A stretch of DNA of 64,000 nt from assembly GCA_012295275.1 (NCBI GenBank), contig CM022678.1:11904001-11968000 (forward strand). Reading direction: 5' to 3'. The notes below the pieces were generated by a model. It did no database searches and was not told the DNA's origin. It saw only the letters and a list, made by a program, of their open reading frames with translations. A program made the position numbers and the translations under genes. Positions 14,530 through 26,539 of the stretch are shown piece by piece. The DNA is from Chrysomallon squamiferum. Taxonomy: Eukaryota; Animalia; Mollusca. Position 1 is the stretch's first letter, and the number at the start of each line of letters is the position of its first letter.

Positions 14530-15225
14530 TTGCGTTTTATCTTTAAACTCCATTATGTGTATCAGTGTGTGTGTGTGTGTGTATCTATGTAAGTATACTT
14601 TGTGTGTGTGTTTTATCTTTATCTCCATTATGTGTATCAGTGTTTGTGTGTGTGTATCTATGTATGTATGTATTTTGTGCGTGTTTTATCTGTATCTCCA
14701 TTATGTGTATCAGTGTGTGTGTGTATGTATGTATTTAAGTATGTGTTTGTGTGTGTTTTATCTTTATCTCCATTATGTGTATCAGTGTGTGTGTGTGTGT
14801 ATCTATGTAATTATACTTTGTGTGTGTTTTATCTTTATCTCCATTATGTGTATCAGTGTGTGTGTGTGTATGTATATGTACCATGTGTATGTTTTATCTT
14901 TATGTTTTCTCCATTATTGTATCCATGTGTGTGTGTATGTGTGTGTGTGTGTATGTAATGTATACTATGTGTGTATGTGTGTTTATCTTTATCTCCATTA
15001 TGTGTATGTCTGTGTGTGTGTGTGTGTGTGTAATGTATGTGTATGTGTAATGTGTGTAATGTGTATATGTATAATAATGCTTGTATGTAGTGTATGTGTA
15101 TATAAGTGTCTGTGTGTGTGTTTGTGTATGTATGTATATGTGTGTGTGTTTATTTCTTGTTTAATTTATGTGTATGTGTAAAAATGTGTGTATATGTGTG
15201 TGTGTGTCTGTGTGTTTCTGTGTAT

Positions 15226-15283
<58 letters not shown>

Positions 15284-15292
15284 GTGTGTGTA

Positions 15293-15346
<54 letters not shown>

Positions 15347-15444
15347 TGTGTGTATGTGTGTGTGTGTTTGTGTGTGTATGTGTGTGTGTGTGTGTATGTT
15401 TGTGTGTGTGTGTGTATGTATGTGTGTGTATGTGTGTATGTTTA

Positions 15445-15515
<71 letters not shown>
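14530..15515. repeat. ~70-bp minisatellite (ttttatctttatctccattatgtgtatcagtgtgtg...) decaying into (GT)n
   Basis: About 6-7 recurrences of the ctccattatgtgtatcag core from 14549 to 15005, then pure TG repeats. Confidence 0.88.
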
Positions 15516-15519
<4 letters not shown>

Positions 15520-16117
15520 TGTGTCTTTCCTTTTATTTGTTTATTTCTTTCTTTGGATTAAAAAATAAATAAATAAAAAAAAAAAACTTAACTTTCATGT
15601 CTAAGAGAGAAATTTATAAAATATGTCAAGCAGAATAAAAATGTAAAAGTTGAAAACTTTTTTCCCACACGTGGGCCGACGACGCGCACCTTTTGCACGT
15701 GTTGAAACATTTCTCCCGACCCGCGGGGAAAGTGTCACAGAGATTTTTCACATGTTGAAAATGCTAGGGATCTCCAAAACAATAATTTGTATTAGCTGTT
15801 AATAATAAATTTATAATAAATCTCAACAGTGAACTGCTTTGTTCTACACTGATATTATACACATTAATTATATTATACAGACATACATACAGACATACAT
15901 ACATACATACACATACATACAGTTAGGTGAATACATAGGTAGCTATACAGACAAAGAGATCACGAAACAATGTAAAACAGTTTTAAAATTTAAATGAAAT
16001 AAAGACAGAACAATTTTTTTTAATTATCATATAAATATTTTATTACAGTTTTGATTGTACAAGTATATTTTAAATATTACAATATTATTTGAAATAAACT
16101 ATAGTTTAGATGTAAGA

Positions 16118-16201
<84 letters not shown>

Positions 16202-16474
16202 AAAAAAAACTTGGTGAAAATTTCAAAAGTAAATCAGAGTCTGTTTTAAAGTGAAATCTATTTTGTAATTTAGCAAGGTTAAACGATAAAGTAATTCATA
16301 ATAAATAAATAACATATTTAAAAATAAAAATAAAGAAAGTAAACAAATTAACTAAATTAATTACCTTACAGTAAATAAATAACTGATTTTCTGTTTATTT
16401 ACAAGAAAGAAATGTCTGTGGACTTTCAACTTCAAAACAGTTCAGTGAAACTAACTTAGCAGACAGTTTGAAGT

Positions 16475-18090
16475 TTACTTTTTACACCACGTAAATATTT
16501 TTATTTCACTGTTATAAAACTGTGTCACGTAGAGTTTGTTGTCATCACAACAGACACACAAAGGACTGGACAGTCCATCCTGGTCAGTGAGGATGTCACG
16601 TGTAATGTTACCATCTCGAGACAGCTGAACAACACAATTTCTATTTAAATCACAAACAAAAATATTTCCCTCCCTGTCACATGTAACACCTGTCAAGTCT
16701 CTCAGTTTGTCTGAATCACGTGACTTCCATTTGACGTCACCTGATGACGTCACACAAAATAAACTGTTTTCTCTCTTTGACACAACAATCAGACATTGAT
16801 CTTGAACTGTGAGACTGCACGGACTGGGGATCAAATCTGTTGAGATAGAATTAATGAGCTGACCACTGTCTGTCAGTATGTCCAAGCACTCATTAAACCA
16901 CCCCCACCAGTGACCGCGAGACGGTTGCCAGGTAACACAGAGATAAACAGATACTTTTTACCAGTTGTAATTGTTTTTATCAGTTTGAAGTTTTCCAAAT
17001 TTAAAAACAATATTTTATTTTCATCTGGCAGAGCAACGACAACAACAACATCACCCTGCTGACCACGTGACTCAGCAAGACCGTATGGACCAGTGGAAGT
17101 CACGTGTTTGTTTATCAGTGATTTTCTTTCTAAACAAAAACATTTTACACATTTATTGTTTCAATCACTAACAACAATTTTACTCTTGTCCTCACCTGAC
17201 ACCAGGATGGAAACACAAAAGGATTTGTTTTATCTTCTTGTGTTTTTGTGTTAATGGTGTCTGTGTGTTTGAGTGTGTCTGTCTGTTTGTCTATCTGTGT
17301 GTCTGTGTGTTGTTTGTGTTCGTGTCTGTTTGTCTATCTGTGTGTCTGGTGTCTGTGTGTTTGGTGTCTGTGTTTGTCTGTCTGTTTGTCTATCTGTGTG
17401 TCTGTGTTGTGTTTTTGTGTTAATGGTGTCTGTGTGTTTTGAGTTGTTGTCTGTCTGTCTATGTGTCTGTGTGTTGTGTGTTTAATGGTGTCTGTGTGTT
17501 TGAGTGTGTCTGTCTGTGTGTTTGAGTGTGTCTGTCTGTTCTGTGTGTCTGTTTCTGTTTGGATGTTTGTGATTATTTCACCGATGTGTACAGACATTTC
17601 TTTCTTTTTCAGATTTTCTCAGATTTATTTTGAATTCTGCTTTTTCTATTTGTGAAAGAGATTTTGTCAGAAACTCGGAAGTTGTGTTTTGAAGTTTGGT
17701 GAATTTTGGAAGATTTGTTTTTATGTCTGACTCTGATTTTTCTTTTAACAAATTTTCACCAAGTTTTATAAACTTTTCATTTTCATCAATCAGATGTTTG
17801 TGTTCACTAAACAATTTTTCTATTTCTGAGTTTACAAAGTTCTGAGATTTTTCTATTTCTCTTATTAGCCTGTCTTGTTCTTTGTGGACTGCGTGGCTGT
17901 GTGAAATCTGTTATTAGTGTGTTACCAATCCTTCTGACCTCTTCTGTGGTGTCCACGACGTTGATGTCGACGGCTTGGCGAAGTTGCTCAATCTTATCAT
18001 CCATCTCTGTCTGAAGAATTTCTTTGTAGGATTTGAGACTCTCAGAAACAGAACTCAGAATTGAAATGTTGCCTCCCTTTTTAGCTGAAA

Positions 18091-18142
<52 letters not shown>

Positions 18143-18146
18143 AATA

Positions 18147-18182
<36 letters not shown>

Positions 18183-18718
18183 TAGTAATTAGTAATTTAG
18201 TACTATTAATAAAAAGACATATATACAATGTGAAGAGTTATAGAATTTATTTTATCAACTAAATGTAAAATCTTAGTAGAAAAATGTTATAAATAAAATG
18301 TCCTCTATTTCTTTATGCTGCGATGGTTAATAAAACAACAAATATTTTTAGTTAAATGACAGTGTATCTTTTTTTATTTATTGTATTGTTGTAATACGAA
18401 TCAAAAATCAAAACACAACACTGCTGACTCACAAAACTTTGAATGTTCTATTTTGTTAATGGCGTCCACCAGTGACCTGTTAATAGAGAACTGAGCTGCC
18501 CATGTTTCCACTGGTTTCGTGCTGTCTGGGATGTGGACATTCTGCCTGCAGAACGGGCAGCTTATTTCTGTGTCGTTGTTGTTGTAATTTGTGCTGATGT
18601 AATTCTGCAGGCATTTAGAACAAAACGAATGTCCGCAATAAAGACTTCTGGGTTTGTCGAAAACGTCCAAACAGAGCGAGCACGAAATACTATCATCCGA
18701 GTTTGAAGCTGTTGCCAT
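16475..18718 (-). CDS. TRIM-like E3 ubiquitin ligase: RING, coiled coil, low-complexity linker, NHL-like beta-propeller; two coding exons (18718-18433 and 18084-16475) with at least 3 apparent frameshifts
   Basis: C3HC4 RING CSLCLDVFDKPRSLYCGHSFCSKCL...CPFCR. Acceptor cag|atATG at 18720; donor T|GTGAGT at 18433; acceptor tttcag|CT at 18084 continues in frame (SKKGGNISIL...MDDKIEQLRQ). NHL-type repeats GVTCDREGNIFVCD and PLCVCCDDNKLYVTQ. Stop at 16475. Confidence 0.85.
17230..17560. repeat. CA-rich imperfect tandem repeat inside the TRIM-like coding exon (T/Q/D/H-rich linker)
   Basis: Recurrent ttaatggtgtctgtgtgtttgagtgtgtctgtctg units lie between the coiled-coil and NHL segments. Confidence 0.8.
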
Positions 18719-18723
18719 ATCTG

Positions 18724-18822
<99 letters not shown>

Positions 18823-19362
18823 TAATAATAATAATTAATAATAATAATAATAATAATTGAAAATAATAATGACTGACCAAAATTATATTCATAACCAATG
18901 GTATATACAAATAACTAAATGAAATGATAAATATATAAACTTGCGAATGTAACACTGTCATATTATAAATACACTAAATAAATCTGTTTATTTATTTATT
19001 TAGTCTTATTTGTAAAATAAAAGTGCATTACGAACTTGCTAAATTTAACCATGTGACGTCACTCTTAATTCGAGAAGGAAGACGACAGTCTGTTGTAAAT
19101 TGCTGGGCGACACAACTAATACAATAAACGAAGTCGGCTGTAATAAATTGTATGAAGCAAAGAAAAAAAGCACAAAAAACCCCAACAAACTCAACATGTG
19201 TGAGTATCCATGAATGCTGCAAGTTAATTTATCACACCACTAGAAAAGAAATCGTTTCTCGCAATGTGACGAGCTACTTTTCTTGAAAAACCATATACCT
19301 CGCACGATACAGTAATCGTGGAATTGACTTTGAAAATGATATTTTAAAATATCTTAGAACAC

Positions 19363-19466
<104 letters not shown>

Positions 19467-20619
19467 GTAATAATAATAATAAATTTGACTTACTAAGTCT
19501 TGAGAAATGAAAATTTTAAGTTGAAATTGTTTTCCGCTTGTTCGTCTGTAATGTCAATTTACTCTTGCATTAGTGAAGCCCGGTTTTTACAGACGACACT
19601 TACTGAGCGGAAGATACCAATTCGTAAAGAAAGAAGGGGTAGGAGCTTTGAAGTTTTCTATAAAACTTTTGTTTCTTTTGTTAAAAAATAATCGTGAAAT
19701 TTTTTATTCTTCTGGTAAAGTAAACTGCTGGAAAAGTAATAACTACTTTAACATAGTTTGTGCACTCAATTAATTTATAAAATGCTGGTCACAGCCTGTG
19801 ACACATATAGTAATAATGAAGATAGCAACTGGCTTGTAGTTGGACTGAGAAAGGTAATACATTTAACCGCCAAATTGTATCTTGTTCAAACTTGTGAGCG
19901 ACTACATAATAGGCGAAGTTATTTCAATGATTGGTAGGTTAAGTCATGTACCGTTAAGAACCTTTTGTTTTAAAGGTGATAAGAAGATGATAAAATAATG
20001 AATTTATTTAAATTTGTTCATGTTATAAATATGGAGCATTCTGAACTCGTGCTTAATTTTCTAAATTAATTTATTTTAACTAATTTCTTCTAAAAGTTTC
20101 CACAATACTTTCTCTTTAAATCGCTAATTCCCAAACACTAAAAGAATACAGTCGCTCAAACTGACAATCTCTGTGTATGAATCGCTCAAAATGTAGTCAC
20201 TAAAGATCTCGACACTTATAATAAACTAAACAATGAAAACTAAAAATGATGACAGTATTTAACGAGCAAGATAATACAATTTTATTTTTCTATAGGTGAA
20301 TAATTGGTCTAAATTTTTAATATTTCTTTTTAATTCGTTCGGAATTGTTTTTAAAATAACGCTATAAACGCCATAATTCAGGGACAACAGACACAGGAAA
20401 AGATGTGTTATTACTTGATATACAAAATCGTCTTTCGTCAGAGCTACTAGATTATCTAAAACCTAACACTTCATATATGTGAAGACTGCGATTAGTCATG
20501 AAAAAAATCAGGGAATTTTGTAATTTAATATTGTTTTCACTAAAATTTAACATCGGAAAAAAAAGAAGATAGACATCCATGGAAAATATTTATGCAGTAA
20601 ACAGTAAAAAAAGAAAAAA

Positions 20620-21690
20620 GAAAGAAAAAACCTGAAAGTCTTATTTTTTATAATGGCAACCACAAAGATTACAAGAAAGTGTTTTTTCTTGGAAAATCAA
20701 AACTTGATACTGTAGAAAGTTAGAAATATCTCGCTATAATTTTTCACAAATCGAAGAAACATGTTGCATTCACAAGCACAGAAGGCTATGTATTTCATTC
20801 TTCGACAAGGAAGATGTCATAATATTTGCAAGCACTAAAATTATTTGACTTCATGGTTTTACCAGTTCTTCCTTATGGTACCGAAATCTGGGGATTTCAA
20901 AATTTGTCATTTGGTATCGAATGATCACAGCAAAGCTGTTTAAGTTATCATTACTAGTGTACAGCCTGTTATTCAATGACGTTAACAATAACATTCTTAA
21001 TCACTAATAAATATTACATGGTAAGTCTAGTCTCGATGATGTTCGCTGTACTCATGTGGATGTCACAGTCTAATGGTATTTCTAGTGCTTCCATATTAAA
21101 ATCATGTATTAACACAAGGCTTATAGATCAGTATTTACAATACTGGTACTATGTCATTGATATCTTGCCCAAAGCTTCAAATGATAAACTATTTAAAAAT
21201 GCTGTCACATTCACGACATATTTCAACCTTACAGAGAGAAAATACTGGTGCCCATTGTTACGGTTCAGACTTTCAAATCATAATCATCCTACTGAAAAAT
21301 AAACCATTAGAAAAGAGAATATGTCCATAGTGTAATAACTCTGATATCGGAGATGAGTTGCATTATGTATTTACACGAATGTTGTTGTTTTAAAGAATGA
21401 CAGGAACCACTTTTCTGTCAATCTGAACGAAGCATTTATACGTTTTATAAATGATTTAACACTAAAAAAGCTGGTGTCCTTAGTAAACTTTCTATCTTCT
21501 GTAATCTAATTATGAATTTTTTTAAATCCTCTGGCTGATATACTGATGTATTGTATATATTATATTATTACGTACATCATTGTAAATCCACGATCTTGCC
21601 ATACTTGTTGTAATTGTTACAGTTATATTAAATTCTGTCTCTTCATAATGTCGTAGATTACGGCCTGAGTGTAAATAAAGTTCAGTTCAG
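20620..21690 (+). mobile_element. Degenerate 3' part of a non-LTR retrotransposon (RTE-X-like LINE ORF2 C-terminus)
   Basis: Fragments LKLFDFMVLPVLPYGTEIWGF, RLIDQYLQYW, FRLSNHNHPTE and ICPxCNNSDIGDELHY (zinc-binding C-terminus). 3' tail aataaag-ttcagttcag at ~21674-21690. Many stops and indels. Clade assignment is tentative. Confidence 0.75.
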
Positions 21691-21714
21691 ATTTACTGCT
21701 CAGTGCTTGCATAA

Positions 21715-22142
21715 TGGTGTATCCTAATCGGGCGCGTGCGACGCGAAACTTTGAGCTAGTCGAGCGCGCGACACAATACCGATAGGAATTGTTTCTATTT
21801 CTTGTCGCGCTACACGAGCGTCTAGAATATATTAACCAATCACAAACAAGATTATTTCCCCAGTACATGAAAATGGAAGATGAACAACTCATCCATCTCG
21901 TGCAGAAGTTACCAGTACTTTATGATTGTATCTTTGTCAACGTACAAGGATAAGAACAGAAAAAATAAAATGCCTGGAAGAATACTGGAAAAACTCTAGG
22001 TTTACCTAATAAGTAATGTGTGTGTTTTTTATTAATAACATGCATGTCTGAGCTTCTTGGAAGGTCCAGTCCTACCCAGGGTGAGAATTGTAGTTTTAAA
22101 AATGATACTGTCGCTACGATCGCGTCTGCTTAGGATACAACT
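21715..22142 (+). mobile_element. Non-autonomous PIF/Harbinger-like element with a MADF (Myb/SANT-like) fragment
   Basis: Imperfect TIRs tggtgtatcctaatcgggcgcg / cgcgtctgcttaggatacaact, flanked by TAA and TTA. Internal frameshifted MEDEQLIHLVQKLPVLYD...STYKDKNR...NAWKNTGKTLGLP from 21873. Confidence 0.7.
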
Positions 22143-22404
22143 TTAGGGTACAACATAATGGAAACCCGAAATGTCGCCATAATGGCGCTCGGTAAATTGC
22201 AGGAGGATCGCAAAATCGTGATTTATCATCTTGCTTGCCGCCATTTTTCTGCATGTTGTAATTATTATATATATATATATATACAGTAAACTATTTATAT
22301 AAAAAAAAGTTAACCGATTTCATGTACAATGGAATGTTTTATATATTTTGCCTGTCTGAATAATAAAAATATTAATCTCTTTTTGAAAAGAGAATTTCAG
22401 TTTT

Positions 22405-22468
22405 CTTGAATCGATATATCGTATCGGGGTTCTTATATCGTAATACGAGTCTGTATCGTTACAGCTCT
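22405..22468. mobile_element. Isolated hAT-like terminal remnant
   Basis: Repeated tatcg subterminal motifs ending in gtatcgttacagctct; the partner end was not found. Confidence 0.35.
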
Positions 22469-23004
22469 TGTGTATATGTGTGTGTGTGTGTGATGTGCGT
22501 CCGCGTGCGCATTGAAGCAGATGGGCAAAGAGGCAGAGAAGTACCTAAAAATACATTAATGATTAACATATATACCCCACTGTATCTTCGATGATCCTCC
22601 GTTTTATATATTTTATTTGTGAAATAAAATCTAGCTGTTTAGACTATTTTTTAAAACCAACCACAAGTTCCTCTCATTGTGACTGTGTATATGTGTGTAT
22701 GTGTGTGTGTGTGTCTGTGTGTGTGTGTGTGTGTGTAAAAAAAGTTAAAAAAAATAAAATCGGTTTAAATAAATAAATTGGAGCCAAAATAAATAAATTA
22801 GCGACATTATTACACTGCAGTACAGTTGTATAACTGTGCTGTCAACTTGAACTTACAGTGACCTTCAAATGAACACCCATGACGTCAAAAATCCAAGACG
22901 TCGGTTACATATTTTATTATATTTATTATTACTTTTTAGTCTTTCTTTCTTTCTTTTCTTTCTAATTATATTTGTTTGTTTTCATTTTATCGCTTTTATC
23001 TCCT

Positions 23005-23048
<44 letters not shown>

Positions 23049-23293
23049 AGAGAACAATTAGAGAAATATAAAAATAAAATAATAAATAATTAAAAAAAAG
23101 ATGAAATAATGATATTATGATTGAATAATAATAATAATAATAATAAATAAAAAATAATTAGAAAGAAAAAATGAGAGAAAAGTTTTTAATTGATATTTTT
23201 CATATTGATTAAAAAATAAATAATGATGATAATAAATAATAATAATAAAGGTAATAATTTAATAATTAAATTTAAGAGAGAGAGAGAGAGAGA

Positions 23294-23341
<48 letters not shown>

Positions 23342-23544
23342 TTCAATAGAGAGAGATGAGAGAGAGATAGAGAAAATTTTTTTTTTTTTACCCTAATATG
23401 TGTGTCTGTCGAATGTTGAAAATAAAAAAAACAGAAATTTACCTAGTTCCTTAAATAATTCAAATAAGAGACATTAACAACATTAAAAAGAAATAAAAAA
23501 AAAATAAAAAAAGAAGGTTAAAGAAATAAAGAATAATAATAATA

Positions 23545-23683
<139 letters not shown>

Positions 23684-25268
23684 TGGATATTTTCTAAAAA
23701 TAGAGTTCTTACCAGGTTGGATATGACAATGAGGACAATCAGGTGTTACCGTGGAAACCAGTTTTCAGTTCTATGAGACAAACACACAAATGCGGATCTA
23801 ATATACCCGCTTGAAGAGAACTTTGACCATCTCGTGATGGAGATAAAACTCAGGTGAGGTATTTCAGGTACAATGCATGGCCTTATTTAGTAAACTGATA
23901 ATTATTTACGTCAAATAAGAAAGATAACTAATCAACAATACACGTTTATCTTCTGTCTTTAACATGAAATACAACATCCAGGTCCGGGTTTGTTTAAATA
24001 ACGGGTGGGGTGTGGTATTTGTATAGTTACTTATTACAACCACTGTTACCTGTAATGTAACAGCTACTACATCATTTTTAACATTCATTCTCACTGCTGT
24101 TAACTTGTATTACATTTTACAAATAAAAACAACAACAACAACTACTACAACTATTATTACTACTGTTACTACAAATACTACTAGTAATATAATTATTATT
24201 ATTTTATTAAAATCAGAAGCGTTTCTATGATTTAATAACGGTACAGACTAAAACTGATATCAAATATTTCTGTCTCCAACAATCTGCTGACCGCGTGACT
24301 GACACAGAGAAAATACTTCTTAACATAAATCTTCTGTTATCTTTGTTGTATTCAAGGTAATACAGTGTACAGAGGAAAAACTTGGTTTAATCGCTGAATG
24401 CAATTTAAAATATTTAAAATAAAATTCAAGTAGTAGTAATAATAATAATAATACATACATAGCAGTAGTAGTAGTAGTAGTAATAAATTAATAATAATCA
24501 AACAATTATAAATAAAACTACTAGTACTTTTCTTGCTACTGCAACTTTATTTAGTTATTTATTATTACAGCTATTAATAATAATTTTATTTTTTATTATT
24601 ATTTACCACTACCATTTTATTACTATTGTTAATACTTACAACTATTATTATTTTAACAACAGTTGAAAATATTACTCCTGCTACAGTTTCTAAGCACTAC
24701 CATTTAAACTTTGTTAATAATCTAATAACTTCATTATTACATTATTTCTAATGTAGTTTAAAATATTAAAAGTGCTAAACTAATAATAATAATGTTAATA
24801 ATATTATTACTACTACTATAATTACTACTACCAATATTACGACTACTGTTACTATTAATATAACTATTATTATTGTTATTAAAACAGAAGCTTTCTATAA
24901 TTTAACTATTACAACTGCTAAAACTGATATCAAATTTTCCACTGGTAATATTAATAATACCAATTCATTGACTATGTTATTAAACATTTTAAAATCGATT
25001 GAAATTGCCAGTTATCTTTCTTTTCAATCTAATAAAAAAAACTTTAGTTTAATTCAATTAATTTTAAATATTTAAAATAAAATTCAAGAAACGTTCTAAC
25101 GACCAAAGTTTGAAATATTTGTTATCTGGGTTGAGTTTGTGTAATGAAATAATAAAACAATTATAAATAAAACTACAAGACCTACTAATCTGTTTTGTCA
25201 AGTCTAAATTCCACTCCGTTGTCTGAGATTTATTCCGAGTGCTACTGTTACTACAGCTGTTAAACATT

Positions 25269-25304
<36 letters not shown>

Positions 25305-25405
25305 CTACCATTTAAACTATTTTTAATTAACTACATTCTTTGGTATATCAACAGTTCCCAAACATTGGTTTTAGCTGAGATAAAATAATAATAATATTAA
25401 AAAAT

Positions 25406-25462
<57 letters not shown>

Positions 25463-26539
25463 AATAAATAAATAAATACATATATTAACATCCCTGCTTT
25501 AAAAACAAACATGCAGATTATGCAGGTTATATTTCAGGAACAGACCACTGGTAATAAAATCACCTTCTGGTTTGATTTGAATCACTAAAAGATGATTAAA
25601 AATTTTTTCACTATCATCAGTTTAGACAGAACATTTCTTTTAAGAGAAAAAACTAAACGTTTTCATTATCTCCCCTCCTATGTAGTTCTGCTATATAAAC
25701 AAACATGTTTCTGCTGTTTTCGACATTCTAAAATTGTTTTATTTTTCTTTTTAATTTCTTTTGGTACACAGTTTGAAAAATGTTGTTTTCAATTCTACAT
25801 TTTACTATTTGCTATTATTTCTAGTTATACTACTACTAATTCTATTACTAACTGACCTATTATCTGTTTTTCCACAATCACATCTATTACTTCTATTATT
25901 ATTTCAAAACTATATAAATAAAAATATTCCTCTCAAATATTTCTAGTCTGATGAAAATACTAGCTACAAATATGTAATGAAAAACAGAAAACAAAATAAT
26001 TTGAAATATTTATTTGAACAAGAAAAAGAAAAGATCAACATCAAAACTACTTATTCATATGTAAAAGATAATTTTAGAAAAGCCTCAACAAAATTCATAA
26101 TTAAAATTTAGAAAAACATTGTCTAAGATGTACCTGAACTTTCAAATTAAAATGTATTTAAAATGTTTCAACAGGTCTTAAAGTGCTGAGACTGCTATAA
26201 AACATAAACATATGAAGATTTTTGAATTATCCAATAAAAGTATATTAATAAAATAAAATAAAAGAATATCAAGATATTTGGTTAGAAAAAAAATTAAAAT
26301 GTACTAAACAACTTGACATATAATGTAATCTGCAAATTAATCATTAAGAAAATATCTTCCAAACAACATATCTTCTTCCATTTTATGTTTTATTAGCATA
26401 CTTTTTCATAAATCTTTACCAGTACATTAATAAAAAATAATCATAATAAAAAAATTATCTCCCTTGAGCTATACAATTTGTAGTTTTTTTAAAGCAGTAA
26501 ATGAAGGATTTCTACATCAGTCATTTTTAAAAATAATTT

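Noticed and set aside
12651-15572. Cys/Val-rich ORFs as metallothionein or keratin-associated proteins
   Set aside because: They are translations of (GT)n repeats.
15660-15765. GC-rich island as a tRNA or SINE
   Set aside because: I could not build convincing A/B boxes or a cloverleaf.
18721-18961. Poly-Leu N-terminal extension (signal or TM segment) on the RING ORF
   Set aside because: It is an intronic (AAT)n tract upstream of the acceptor at 18720.
23750-23775. ISRE-like motif near the putative TRIM promoter
   Set aside because: Poor match to the GAAANNGAAA consensus, and expected by chance in AT-rich DNA.
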